50,120 nucleotides of DNA from Chiloscyllium plagiosum. Its lineage: Eukaryota. The translations under genes and the position numbers were made by a program. Shown piece by piece: positions 25,360 through 38,584 of the stretch (the stretch's first letter is position 1; the number at the start of each line of letters is the position of its first letter). The stretch covers positions 15,258,436-15,308,555 of the forward strand of contig NC_057749.1 of the NCBI RefSeq assembly GCF_004010195.1, given 5' to 3'. The notes below the pieces were generated by a model that was not told the origin of the DNA, did not search any database, and saw nothing but the letters and a program-made list of their open reading frames with translations.

Positions 25360-25700
25360 CGAAGATTTCTATTTATAGGACACTTTAACCAGTCACTTAA
25401 GGATATCTTGAATATGGATTGGTTATTTTGATAAGCATAAGCAGTCATACTTCATGAGGTGTATTCCCCAGGACAAATGAGATGAATGACCACTTAGTGC
25501 ATTTTTGCCTGTTTTGCTTGAGCAAGGAATAATGCCCAGCTCACACAGGAAACTCCCTGCCTTTCTCTCAACAATACCATGTGTCCTTAAACTTCACTGG
25601 TTGGGAAGACAACTGTAATTTTTCATCCAAAGGATCAGCCTATTGGAGGATCAGCCAAGTTGAAGAGCTCAAACCTAGGGGTTGGAACCCAGACCATTAA
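25360..25700 (-). mobile_element. Old Deu-domain SINE remnant
   Basis: aactccctgcctttctctcaacaataccatgtgtcctt…tcatccaaagga. Confidence 0.5.
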
Positions 25701-26819
25701 TTAAACTTTGTTATATTTTAATTTAAGTAAATATTATTTCAAAATTTGACACTTTTGGTGCTGTTGGTATCTAAATTATTTGTAAAGTTTTTAAATAAGA
25801 TTTCTTGCAGACTTGTTAAGCTTACACATTTAATGGTTAGCTCCAGTGCTAAACTTAGGAAAAAGATACAATATGTGTGTATAAAACAATTATAATACAA
25901 AATTAAATAGAATTAGTCAACTGATATCCATGAGATGTCATACAACCTGACACAGGGTAGCATGTGTTATTTGAGAGCCAATGAATCAAAGTCTAAAGCC
26001 AAAGAGACAGCAGTATATAATATATAATTCTATTCAGCACAATATACTCCAACAGCTGTGCTTTTGAATATCCAGTACTACAATTTTGAACTTAACTTCA
26101 GCTAATGTAAAAATGCCATTACTGTGTTTTCACATTACCATTGTCCTCCAAGGTAATGAACACAGTATAGTGAAGGAAACGCAGGCTGAATTTATACTGC
26201 AAGTGTGACATCAAGAGGATGCAGTTCTTTGTACTGATACTGTAGTTATAGTAGTGAGGTCTTATGTCAGTGCCTAATGTGACAGAGATGCAAAGCAGAG
26301 CAAACATTTTAGGAAGAGGGGTTCTCATTGTGCTTTGGAGTTAGGTAAGATCACTTCTCCAAAATAATGCTGCATGGGTTTAACATTGTGAACGTAAAAA
26401 CTGCTTTGCTCTGACAATAAATTTGTGACGATCAGTTCTCAGCTTTGGGCTTCTGTGGAATGTCTCATTATTTGTAATAGTTGGAGATTTCTCTGCTGTG
26501 CTTGCCCACATTTATGACACTGACCCCTGCATATAAGGGCTTTTCTAAGTTGAACAAAATGGTAAGTACAAAATATGATCTAAAATTCATAGAATAGGAG
26601 GATGTGTCTCAGACTCAAAATGCCTGCCTAACTGGCCTCCAATCGTCCACCCTCCATAAACCTTAGCTCATTCAAAACTGCTGCAAAGCCAGTCCTGCAC
26701 CAATCTCTGTCCTTGCTAATATACGTTGACATCTGTCTTTAGATTACTTTAAGTCTTTGTTATTTTCACAGTTCTGTGTTCAGATTCTGTGTTCTTTAAA
26801 TTCTAGCCTCTCGTGTACC

Positions 26820-27190
26820 CCTCGTTCATCTTGCTCTACCTGTGACTCCACTTTCGGAGAACCATGCACCTGAACTCCAAGGTCCCTCTGCTCCACTACA
26901 CTTCTTGAGGCCCTACCATTCATTATGAAACTCCGGCCTTGATTTGACTTTCCAAAATCCAACACCTCACACCTATCCATATTAAACTCCATTTGCCATT
27001 TCCCAGCCCACTTCTCCAGCTGATCAATATTCTGGCTGCCATTTCTGATAACCTTCCTCACTGTCCACAATACTTCCTATTTTAGTGTCATCTGCAAACT
27101 TACTAATCGTGCCTTGTACATTCTCATCCAAATTATTGACATAAATAACAAACAGCAATGGGCCCAGCACCGACCCCTGAGGCACTCCGT
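26820..27190 (-). mobile_element. CR1 RT core fragment
   Basis: GVPQGSVLGPLLFVIYVNNLD…SKFADDTKIG. Confidence 0.9.
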
Positions 27191-27240
27191 TAGTCAAATC
27201 CAATGGTTTGTTTACTTGAAATGCAATTGTACAAAACCAA

Positions 27241-27599
27241 TCTGCATTTGTGATAATGTATTTGTACAAAGCTTTTTTTTATGAATAAGGTATGTTTTTG
27301 AAATAAAAGAAGATGCAGTTTTTCACTTTACACAAGTGAGTGTAGACAGTGAGGGTCAGCAGGCTATTCAGAAACAGTTGTCACAGCTGAGTCTGATCCG
27401 GACAGCTCAATTTCACATTTTCTGCATTTGTGATAATGTATTTGTACAAAGCTTTTTTTATGAATAAGGTATGTTTTTGAAATAAAAGAAGATGCAGTTT
27501 TTCACTTCACACAAGTGAGTGTAGACAGTGAGGGTCAGCAGGCTATTCAGAAACAGTTGTCACAGCTGAGTCTGATCCGGACAGCTCAATTTCACATTT
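27241..27599 (+). repeat. Tandem duplication, two copies of about 180 bp
   Basis: 27241-27420 is nearly identical to 27421-27599 (one T indel and one substitution seen). Confidence 0.95.
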
Positions 27600-27919
27600 G
27601 GAGAGTCTTTAGAGGCACGATGAGATGGACACCAATGCAAACTAGAGCAACATTTACTAAAGGATACCTGTTGTTCGCGGCAGTTGAAGAACTCTGTGCA
27701 GCAAACAATCAAATTATTTATGTTCTCTCAGAAACCTAATGGAGAGGTACAAAAAAAAATCTTCAGGGATTTAAGAACAATTCTGAAAAAAACACTTTAC
27801 AACACAGCTGAATCAAACCATAAGAGTTCAATAAAACACAACAAGACTGATCTCAAGCTGAGTCCTGGAGAATAACAAAGAAAGCCAAATTTGATCTTGG
27901 TTGCTGTAAAGGGTGAACA

Positions 27920-28240
27920 TGAAGATGTCTGGATGTGGAGAAACTGGGGGAAAGGTAGATCCTTTAGAGGTTGTGGGTAGCAGATTTAAAATGGAGATGA
28001 AGAGGAATTAATTATTTCAAAAGGGTTGTGAATCTATGGAAGTCAGAGTGCAGTGGATGGCAGGATCTCGAGTAAATTTTGAGGAGAAGATAGACAGATT
28101 ATTAATTAGTAATGGGTTGAAGGATTATGGAGAGGGGGCAGGATGGTGGATTTGAGGTCAGGATGAGATCAGCTCCGGTCGTATTGAATGGTGGAGCAGG
28201 CTCAAGGAGCTGAATTGCCTACTCCCAGTTCTTTTGTTCC
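27920..28240 (+). mobile_element. Older CR1 3' fragment
   Basis: gagatgaagaggaatt…agggttgtgaatctatggaa…ggagcaggctcaaggagctgaattgcctact. Confidence 0.7.
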
Positions 28241-28289
28241 AATGTTCCTGTCTCCCCTTTGAACCATGTCAGATATGGATCTGTTGGTC

Positions 28290-28555
28290 CCTCACCTCAG
28301 GTGACTGTCTGTGTGGAGTTTGCATGTTTTCCCCATATCTGCTTGGGTTTCCACCCACAAAGATGTGCAGGTGGATTGACCATGCTAAAATACCCATAGT
28401 GTCCAGGGATGTACAGGTTAGGTGGATTAGCCATAGGAAATGCAGGCTTACAGAGATAGAGTAGGGAGCTGGATCTCGCTGGGATGCTCTTTGGAGGGTT
28501 AGTGTGGACTCAATGGAACAAATGATCTGCATCCACACTGTAGGGATTCTATGAG
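28290..28555 (+). mobile_element. HE1-like SINE (5' truncated)
   Basis: V-domain and tail. Confidence 0.85.
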
Positions 28556-28719
28556 TTCCAGTTGCTTCAATTGTATTTATCTGTTTTTCCTTTCCTTTCT
28601 GCTTTAAAATCCTTTTTAAACCAATGTTTTCATCAATAGAATATGAATATTTTTTTCTTTGGCTCACACTCCTCTGCATTTTTATCCAATCATACTTTTG
28701 TAACTATTTTACATTTCTC

Positions 28720-28830
28720 AAATTCATTCCTTGAATGTGGGCATTGCTGGCTTAGCCAAGCATTTATTGCCTGTCTCTAGTGTCCCTTGAAAAGGTGGCG
28801 GAGAGATGCCTCCTTGAACCGCTGCAGTCC
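28720..28830 (-). mobile_element. Old LINE 3' terminus
   Basis: tgtgggcattgctggc…ccagcatttattgcc-like end motif. Confidence 0.5.
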
Positions 28831-29141
28831 ACATATTAAAAGTGCTATATAAATGTATATTGTTGTTATCTATCTACTTCCAAGTAATCTGCTTCTGATT
28901 TTTATCTAGTGACACTTGCTAGTACATGCACATTTGTGAAACTTGCAAGAATAGAAAACAACAATAATGAGGAAAGGTCATTCGGGTCCAGTTTAATGAT
29001 CATTTAAATTCCCAATTTGTGTTGGGGGTCAGGCGAAATGTTATAATTTCAATTACTTGACCTCAACTTGTCCATTTCTGGGTTTAATGCAGGTGAGGCA
29101 AGAAGCAGCTCTCAGAAAATGGGTTGACTATTTAAATATTT

Positions 29142-29320
29142 TAGAACATAGAACATAGAAAAATACAGCGCAGTACAGGCCCTTTGGCCCTCAATGTTGC
29201 GCCGATCCAAGCCCACCTAACCTACACTAGCCCACTATCCTCCATATGCCTATCCAATGCCCGTTTAAATGCCCATAAAGAGGGAGAGTCCACCACTGCT
29301 ACTGGCAGGGCATTCCATTT
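29142..29320 (-). mobile_element. Young CR1 3' end with (tagaaca)n tail
   Basis: WNALPVAVVDSPSLWAFKRALDRHM plus agaacatagaacatagaa. Confidence 0.85.
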
Positions 29321-30499
29321 TAGTGAAGTGTTCACCGCATTTAGTTCTAGCAACAGGATTTCCCAGGCCTCAGCAAACTCATTGCTCAAGGGAGGCAGGA
29401 ACAGCTTCCAGGAGAAGATCAATGCCTTTGCAAAACTCCTTGTGGGCCAGGTCCTCCCTTGCATCTCACTCACTTCCTCCTCCCACATCAGATCCTTTCT
29501 GCAGTCAGCAATCAGACCTTCCTCTTTGTCCCCCTGCCCCACAGTAATCAGAACCCCTCCTGTGCTGCCTGTAACAGCTACGGCCTGGACCACATGGTCA
29601 GCCAATACCAACACCACCGCTACCAACAACACCTCCCAACGAACCACCACCAATACCAGCTACCTGGTAGCACAATTTGTCAATCAGAGGATCCTGTCAA
29701 ATGAAATAGCCGTAGGTTGTGGATGCAGGGAAACTTGAACTTTCCAGATTTTCCATCTAAGACTTCACTCCTGCCTCTCCACAACCCATCTCTACCAACA
29801 TCTGGCAGTGTTCAGTCATGTAGAATCAACAATTAGACATATTTGGACTTGGTAACTCAAGAACTACATCCCAGCTTCAAGCAAGGTGGGTAAAATGTGG
29901 AAGAAGTTAGCATCCTCATTAAAAGATTTCCCAAAATAAGTAGCTGCGTGTCTGAATTCAGGATACATTAATGACAGAAAGATATAAACATACCGTCGAT
30001 ATGCAGAGTAACATAAATATCTGGAAAGGTTTATAATAATTCAGGTTCTATTGGCTGATGATAACAATATGAAAACTATGTACACTGCCTCCAGACAAAT
30101 AACGGATCCAGCAAGCATTTGCTGAATCATTACATGTGTTACAAACAAATGCTCACTCTCCATGAACCAAAGCATGACCTTATGCACAAAATATCTGATA
30201 ATGTAGCTAGCGCAGGATAAACAACAAACTCCTTATTCTTTTAATAAACTCACTAGAGTAATAGACAAAAGAGCACTCTGATAAACCATAAATCTCAGGC
30301 TTTGTACGAGAAACCAAGTTTATGAAGAAATAAGCTTACATGATGTTTCACAATCTGGTCCCTCTTAGGGTTGTACCTCTATTGTGTGCTAACACCAATG
30401 ATGCAAAATACATTCACGAGCTCAGAAATTCATGGAGTGCTCTGCTGAGTCCACTTCATCATCTCCTTGTTAAAGTGGAAATTCACTGAAGAAGTTCAT

Positions 30500-30935
30500 T
30501 TATAGAATTGTAGAATTTTACAGTAGAGAAGAAATCCATTCGACTCATTGTGTCTCTTCCGGCTCCAAAAGAGCTACCCAGCTAGTCGCATTCTCCAGCC
30601 ATGGCCCTCTAAAAGGCAACTATATTAGCGATGGAGGCTGGTATGATTACGACATTTACAAGGCATCTAGATCGGCATATGAATAGGAAAGGTTTAGAGG
30701 GACGTTGGTCAAATGCTGGCAAATGGGCCGATGTTTATATAGGGTATTTGGTCGGCATGGACAGGTTGGACTGAAGGATCTGTTTCCATGCTATATATCT
30801 CTATGACTCTATATATCCAGCTCTCTTTTGATCCTCCCAATGTAATCTTCACCATGCTCTCAGGGAGTGCGTTCCAAATCCTAACAACTCTCTGACAAAC
30901 TCTCCTCATCTCATTCCTACCTCTCTTGCGCACAA
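30500..30935. mobile_element. Older minus-strand CR1 with a plus-strand CR1 tail inserted (about 30630-30812)
   Basis: CQRVVRIWNALPES (minus); ggaggctgg…ctatgactct (plus). Confidence 0.7.
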
Positions 30936-31600
30936 TCTTGTATCAGATGGGTAGCTGCTTTTCAGCTTGTTTGAAGGTCGATTGATAACAAAAGATGACC
31001 CATTGTAAGCATTTCTTTCAATTTCAGATCAGTTAATCAAATTGGTTTCTTGCTGGTGTTAAAGCAGTTGCTTGGGTACTGGCCTCAGCACCACACTGAC
31101 CCACTTTCAATGAGAATGCAGAGCTGAGTAGTAAACAGGCCTCCCCTGTTGGGGCAGATAATCACAGTTAATGATTCTGCTTTACTTGTTCTTTGACCAA
31201 ATTCACACACAAAACAAATCTGAGGTGTCTGGCCAAACAATTTCAATCTGATGAGCCACTTCAAGGTACACAGCAGGAAATGTTATTATACATTATGGAT
31301 AGCCTACTTCCACCAAGTAATAATTAAAGTAGACAAAGTGGCTACAAAATTGCACAAGAAAATATGAAATAATAGATTCCTATGATTTAAAACAACACAG
31401 AGCATCAATTCATCATAATAAATCTGTACTGCTGAGTGAGAGCTCCATAACATTAAATTTTCAATGGTCTACAGGATACAGAGAACAAATAGTGAATTAG
31501 CTGTTTTGAACTTGGGCAGAGATAGAGATGATTGAATTGGGCTCAGTACCTTGAATTAGGAAGGGACAAGAAGAGTACCTGCTTCTGAACTCCATCCAAT

Positions 31601-32390
31601 GGAGTTAGGAGGTACTGATGCAGCTGTACAGGTGACTGGTTAGGCCACTTTTGGAATACTGTGTTCAATTCTGGTCTCCTTCCTATCAGAAGGATGTTGT
31701 GAAACTTGAAAGGGTTCAAAAAGATTTACAAGGATTTTTTTTAGATTTAGATTCCCGACAGTGTGGAAAAAGGTCCTTCGGCCCAACCAGTCCACACCAA
31801 CCCTCCAAAGAGTAACCCACCAGACCCATTTCCCCTCCGACTAATGCACCTAACACTATGGGCAATTTAGCATGGCCAATTCACCTGACTTGCACATCTT
31901 TGGACTGTGGGAGGAACACCCGGAGGAAACCCACGCAGACAGGGTGCTAGGTTTGGAGGATTTGAGCTGTAGGGTGAGATTGAACAGACTAGGGCTGATT
32001 TCCCTGCAGTGTGGGAGGTTGAGGGCTGACCTTATAGAGGTTTATAAAATCATGAGGGACATGGATAAGGTGAATTGACAAGATCTTTTTCCCCATGGTA
32101 CGGGAGTCCAAAACTGGAGGGCATAGGTTTAATGTGATAAGGGAAAGATATAAAAGGGACCTAAGGTGCGTGTATGGAATGAGCTGCCACAGGAGGTGGT
32201 GGAGGCTAGTACAATTACAACATTTAAAAGGCATCTGGATGGGTTATATGAATGGGAAGAATTTAGAGGAATATGAGCTAAAATGCTGGCAAATGGGAGT
32301 AGATGAATTTGAGATATGTGGTCGTTATGGATTAGTTGTACCGAAGGGTCTATTTCTGTGCTGTACATCTCCATGACTGTATGACTCCTG
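31601..32390 (+). mobile_element. CR1/HER1 3' fragment interrupted by an HE1 SINE
   Basis: LNRLGLISLQCGRLRADLIEVYKIMR. Confidence 0.88.
31740..31942 (-). mobile_element. 5'-truncated HE1 SINE
   Basis: ttagatttagattccc…ggaggaaacccacgcagacag. Confidence 0.88.
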
Positions 32391-32479
32391 AAAACTGCAT
32401 ACATATGGGTATTAGATAAAACAACATTTCAGCATGGAATAACTTTCTGACTCCACTGTGTTACTCTCCCAACCCCCAT

Positions 32480-32790
32480 GCGTCTAGTTTCTATGTGGGT
32501 GGCCACTCAATAAATGCCAGCAAGTGATTTGAACTGATGTGCTTGGGGTAGGTATCACAGCTGAGTATTATCCTGTGCTCACTCAACAGCCACACAATTG
32601 CACATTTTAGCAGGTCACTGGATAGCAATTAGGAGTGGGGACCCTGTTCCATTTTTTTCAATCCCAAGTCCAGAAGCGCTGACCATAATGGTAGAATCTC
32701 CTATATGTTGCTGTGGGAGAATTTAACTAACTTAGCGGAGACTGGGAACCTACAGAGAGGGGACCTACAGTTCAGTGACACACAATCTCT
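32480..32790 (-). mobile_element. LF-SINE-like remnant
   Basis: cagctgag…atcctgtgctcac…agcaggtcactggatagcaattaggagtggggaccctg. Confidence 0.6.
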
Positions 32791-33679
32791 ACCAGTGAAG
32801 GCATTGAGGAAGATCTGGAAGCGTTCTGTTGAATTATATATGTGTACAGTATTACAGGGCTAAATGATTCCTGTTTGATGACATTTAAAGCGATGTGCGG
32901 GTCCAGACAATCTACTCTGTGCTGAATCTGTGAGCCTTTCTTCAGCAGCACTCAGCTGTAAATAAATTTGTTTACCATCAGTGAAAGCACGCTGTTAATG
33001 AGTTCTTGTTTGGGTTTTATCATGTTTGCCAAAATTGATTTGTTTGATTATTCACTGACCTGATGAGTATCTCTGTTCTTTCTGCCTCTAAATTAAGACA
33101 TGAAATCATTGTAGATGACTTATTAGAACAAGAGACAGTAACTCTTTTGTTGCCCATTATAGGCTGGTTCTGCTACTGTCAGCAAACAAACTTACAAGTG
33201 TTTGAGACTGAATATTCCAAATGAGTTCGGATATCAGCAATTCACAATACATTCATTTTCTTTCTCTTTCCTTGAAGGTTTCAGCTTCATACTCGGCTAA
33301 ACATCATACATCGAAGGTACTCTCTCGAATTTTATTCAAGCAGACGCATTTTCATTTCTGAGAATAGACAGCCTGTGTCAGCAGTCAATCATCAGCATCA
33401 TTTCTAGCCTTCTTCTGCCTTCACCTGACATCTAAACAAATGCAATTAGTAGCAGGAGTCACTGGAGAGTGCTCAGCAGTGGAAATTTGAGCGACTTTTT
33501 TCATCATCTGAACCCTAAGTCGCTGAGCCCAATTGTAGCATTACCATTACTCGGTTGACTCAGCACAGATCACAAGTTGAACATAGAAGGTAATGTAGTT
33601 AGACAGGAATACCACAACTATAAAAATAGGTCCCTTCCTGATTGCTCACTTAGTAGTCATTGCAAAGTGCAGTACTGAC

Positions 33680-33970
33680 GCAGAGCAGTATAGTCTCTCA
33701 TGTATGATTCCTGGGCTGTGCTGAGCCAGCTTATCTCAGGGTTGCAATGAGATGCTCCAATTGGTCTCAGTGCCCTCAAAGGAAGGAAAGTGGGAAAATC
33801 AGTGCTGGTTCCTGCTCCTGAATAAATATCCCTGCTAGGAAGTGTGCATATATTGAGGGTAAATTAGGGATATGGTCTGGTTCAGTTGTGAAGGTGCCCT
33901 ATGGTTTAATAGATCAGCAATGCATCCATTTATGAAAAATGGCCAGTTGGGTAGGTAATGGAAGGAGCCA
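33680..33970 (+). mobile_element. LF-SINE-like remnant
   Basis: ggttcctgctcctga…cctgctaggaagtgtgc…tgaaaaatggccagttgggtaggta. Confidence 0.65.
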
Positions 33971-35084
33971 CCACATGAGGAAGCAGATCTCAACATAAAC
34001 TCACAGGCTTTGGAGGTTATCTGCAGCACTTATACTGCAGTCCCATTTGACATCAGTTAAGTCGACAATAACTTGAATTTATATAGCACCTATAACATAC
34101 TAGAAAACATGGCAAGACGCTTTGCCAGGCCATAATGTGAACACTGAGCCACACAAAAGAGGTAGTAGGGAAGGTCAAAATATTTTAGAACAGGTATGTT
34201 TTAAGGGTGACCCGCAGCAGGAGACGGAGGTTTTGGCAGTGTGGGGGAGGAGGTGAATTTCCAGAATTTAGGATGATCCAGTTCAAGACACAGGCACCAA
34301 AGGTGATCCAATGAAATCTGACACTATGCAAAGAGGCCAGATTGAAGGAGCACAGAGATCTCAGGGGATAATGGACATTTCACTAGCAATTTCAGACCAG
34401 GGAGAAAATAATCTTCAAAAAAAAATGAACAGACCACAATTTTTCATCTTTGTGAGCCAGAGTATAATATTAAAAACTAAGTGTATCCATATAATAAGTC
34501 CAAGATAATCAAGTCAAATTCAAAGTCCAGTGGCTTATAAGAGTTGCAACAAGATTGGGTGTGTAATTCAGTGAAAGGAACTCAGGTAAAATAAGTAAAA
34601 TGACTTTGAGATGAGTAATTAAGCAATGAGGAATAATTACTGCCATGTTTTTTTTTGCTGACTTTATTTTTAATTAAAGTTTTCCACTGGGTATAATTAC
34701 AACATGCCAGTGCTGTTTTGTGTACAAAACAATACAGTGTACAAACACATGAGGTTGATTTAGGCTATGCTCACTATTGTGATAACAATGAAATACTTCA
34801 GTATTACTTCACAATACCCTCTGAAATACTTCGCTGATGGATAAACGCACATTTCCATCACTGTCTGTTGTAATAATGCACATCATGCAAGTATCAAAAA
34901 GCAAACTCATTTCCATTCCTTTTCCTCTGAGTGCCCAGAGCGCTGGTCTCTGCACATCTGGATCGTAGTGGAATTAACTTATTTTTTTCTCAGTTACAAT
35001 CTCCATCCATTTTCTTTTAAACTAGTGGGATATATCCCTATCTATGCAGCAATTCTCTCATGTGCATTAACTCATTTTGAATGT

Positions 35085-35490
35085 GTTACTCAGTTGGTAA
35101 CATGCTTGTCTTCTGAAGCATAACACCTTGCTTTCAATTCCATTCCAGGCTTAAACAGGAGAAATCAAAGGCACTCTAGTGCAGCACTGAGGAAGCACTG
35201 CACTGTTGGAGGTGCTGTCTTTCAGATAAGATGTTAAGCCAAAGCCCCAGCTGCCTTCTTGGGTAGATGCAAAGATCCCACAGTGCTGTCTTGCAGAAGA
35301 ACAGGGGAATTCTCCCTGGTGTGTGCTGGCCAACATTTATGAACCATCACAGGATAAACAGATTAAATGGTCATGATCACATTGCTGTTTGTGGGAGTTG
35401 GCTGGGTGCAAATTAGCTGCTGTGTTTACACCAGGGACTCTACTTCAAAAAGTACTTCACTCGTCATAAAGCACTATCTGATATCTGGGA
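35085..35490 (+). mobile_element. Deu-domain SINE (SacSINE1-like)
   Basis: agtgcagcactgaggaagcactgcactgttggaggtgctgtctttcagataagatgttaa…agatcccacag…gaagaacaggggaattctccctggtg. Confidence 0.85.
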
Positions 35491-36722
35491 AGTGATTTTT
35501 TTTCTAAATTTCAAAAGACATCAAAGCTGAGTTCTATCATGTCCTCATTGAATGCCCACATGCTGGCATCATGTGGCAGTGCTGCTGGATGTGGAACAAT
35601 TGCAGGTGAACTTTCTGTTCCCTATTCCAGGAGACCGACTACTGACTGAACATGGCTTCGAATTCACAGTAAGAGCTGCAAACTGCTCCACAACGAACGT
35701 GACAATAACACATTGTCTATTTTGGCAGTAGGCACAAAGGCATGTTTAAACCTAGATAAACACACACATTTCAGCTTGTTATTGCCAGTAAATTACTGGT
35801 TTGCATTTTTTGAAATGTTGTTAATGCAGAAAAATTCATTTCAGCTCTTTTGATCCTCCCAGTTGTGCTGTGGCACCTGTGACGCAACATAATGAAAGAC
35901 TCTTGTTTATCACATCCAGCTCCTCAGCTGCCCTGAAGCCAATTCTTTGAGGAGCGTAAAAGAATGTACAAAAGGAAAACTGGAACAAGATTACAATTTG
36001 TTATTAAAGTTATTAAGTAAAGTTTTACTAACCTCAAATTATCTTAGAATCAGTGACAACAGGAGGAAAATATATGGTATACTCCACAAAAATACTAAGT
36101 TTTAAAATCACAGACTATTTGAAGCGAATTCTCTCTTTTGATTTATACAGAATCATAAACTGGTGTGTCCTACAGTTATGTGGTTAATATTTTACAACAG
36201 GCAGCAATAGCAGTTTGCATCAATGTTATAACTCCATCAGCTTCTGCCCCTGTGAGAGGTAGAGAACATGCTTTCTATGCACTGTTCCATCCAGCTATCC
36301 AGTTACTGAGACAGCTTTTACAGTCAGCTCCTTCAATAGCCCAATGAGCCATTTTATCTGCGCAGGTGTGCAGTGTTGAGTCAGCTGCCACTTGTTTGTG
36401 TGAACAGAATCACTGGGTGCTTGTGTCCCTGAGATAAGCAGAGGGAAGAAAAGCACAGGTGATCTACATACGGTCACTTCCCATAAAGCATGCAAGTATG
36501 TGGATGTTAGGTGATCCTGGTTGGCAGCAGTGGGCCTTTACAAATAAACAGTTTGTGGACACTATGTTTTGGCTGGTTTGAATACTGGATATATTCCACA
36601 GCTTGTGGAATTGTACTACAATAACAACTACTTATATTTATAAGGTACTTTTAATGCAATGAAACGTCCCAAGACATGTCACAGGAGCAAAATAAATTAA
36701 GTATGACATTGAGTGATATAAG

Positions 36723-36806
36723 CTGAAAATGTGTTGCTGGAAAAGTGCAGCAGGTCAGGCAGCATCCAAGGAGCAGGAGAATTGACGTTTCGGGCATGAG
36801 CCCTTC
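36723..36806 (-). mobile_element. 84-bp Penelope-like pLTR arm truncated in the hammerhead core
   Basis: Same module as 1190-1279; flanked by tataag direct repeats (36717-36722 and 36807-36812). Confidence 0.75.
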
Positions 36807-36984
36807 TATAAGGATCAGGTGAACAAAAGCCTGATCAAAGAGATAATTTTAATAAGTGTCTTAAAGGAGGAAAGTGAAGTCAAAAGGCAGAGAGATTGTA
36901 GGGTGAGAATTCCTGAGGTTTAGACCTCAAAAATGAAGTCATATTGGGATAATCACAATTGGAAAAGCACATTCACATTTGTTG

Positions 36985-37860
36985 GTGGTCCCTTGCAGAT
37001 GAGGAAGACTCTCTTCAACTCTCAGGGTGAATCCATAGGTAGCTGTGTAGACCAATGCGGCTACCGCATGTTCTGTCATACATGAGACAGGCGGTGGTCA
37101 CGGGAAGGGGTGAGTAGAGTGTTGGTGAGGTAATGCGACCCTTACACTGTTTGTGCCTGGCTTCTGCTTTTACCCGACAGCAAGCCTTGAGGTGCTCGAT
37201 GCCTCCCTGGATGCTCCTCCACTCTGGACAATCTTGGGCTAGTGATTCTCAGATGTATGTGGGAATGCCGCATTTCACCAGCTAGGCTTTGAGGGTATCC
37301 CTGAAGCTGGGTGTAGAGCACCTCCTTGGGTAGTCTCATGCGGATGACGTGCCCTGCCCATCCTAGCTGATCAAGGGTGGTCAGTGCCTCGGTGCTGGGG
37401 ATATTGGCCTGGTCAAGGACATTGGTGTTACTGTGTCTGTTTTCCCAGCAGATTCACAGGATCTTGTGCAGGCAGCATTGGTGGGACTGCTCCAGTGTCT
37501 TGAGGCGCCTGCTAAAGACAGTCCACGTCTCAGAGCCATACAGGAGGGCAGGAACCACCACAGCTCTGTATACCATGATCTTGGTGTCCGATCTGATATT
37601 GTTGCCCACAAGCATCCTTTTCTTCAGGTGGCCAAAGGCTGCGCAGGCACCCTTGGAGCGATGATGGATCTCTTTATCAATAGTTGCTTTGGCTGACAGG
37701 ACCCTCCCAAGATATTGGAAGTGGTCAACATTCTCTAGGGCCTCCCTATGAACCTTGATGATCAGGGATTTGCTCCACAATGGCAGGCCAGGTTGGTGGA
37801 AGACTTTTATCTTGCGGATATTCAGGGTGGGAGCCATGCTTTAATAGGTCTCCGTAAAGG
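36985..37860 (-). mobile_element. RTE-clade LINE 3' fragment
   Basis: LENVDHFQYLGRVLS…TKIMVYRAVVVPALLYGSETWT; RLPKEVLY. Confidence 0.9.
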
Positions 37861-38584
37861 GAAAGTGCAAGAAGCCCATTGAAGGACTGTGAATTTGGGG
37901 GAGATCACAGAGATGAAGGACAAGGCTACGGGAGGACTTAGAAACAAGTATGAGAATTTTAAAGTTAAGGCATTGCTTAACAAGGAAGAAGGAAAATTAG
38001 ATTTACAAAAGATTGAATAACTTCATAACCTTTTTTTCAACCCAGTATCTGGCAAGAACAGTACTCATACCGGAGGGTAACACAGAGCTTTTAGTAAAGA
38101 CCAACCTGATAGACTTCCAATTTTCTCTATCATTTACATGTTAGGGTGCAGTTCTCATAACACTTGATTGCACTTTGAATAATTTCCAAAATCTATTCTT
38201 GCAAAGGAATTTAAGTGAGTGTCATTTCCTCCGGTTGCTTAGATGAAGGTAGTTGTGCACATACATACAAATTAAATTCAGTGTTCAAAGGGCCAAACTA
38301 ATTCAAGGCAAAATATCTCATCCATAAATACAGGTTTAAAAATGCATATCATTTAGTTTTATTTTTGGCATGCAAAGTGACAAACTTTTGCACTCAGGAA
38401 TGGCTCTCGCTACTTCTCTCCAACAATGTACCTAACCTCACTCTCTCAAGGGTAGCATTTCTATTGCATCAGTAGGAATTTCTCTATTTGCATATTATAT
38501 AATGTTAATGCTTTCTTCCATTTCCAGTCTGTAGTGCAAACAGGGCAAATTAAAACATCTCCATGCTGTCTCCTCACAAAAAAT

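Larger units (their letters stand above)
36630..37980 (-). mobile_element. Old L2 3' remnant hosting Penelope and RTE insertions
   Basis: cttatatttataagg…ttttaatg…aaacgtcccaag…tcttaaaggagg; resumes after 37860. Confidence 0.5.
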
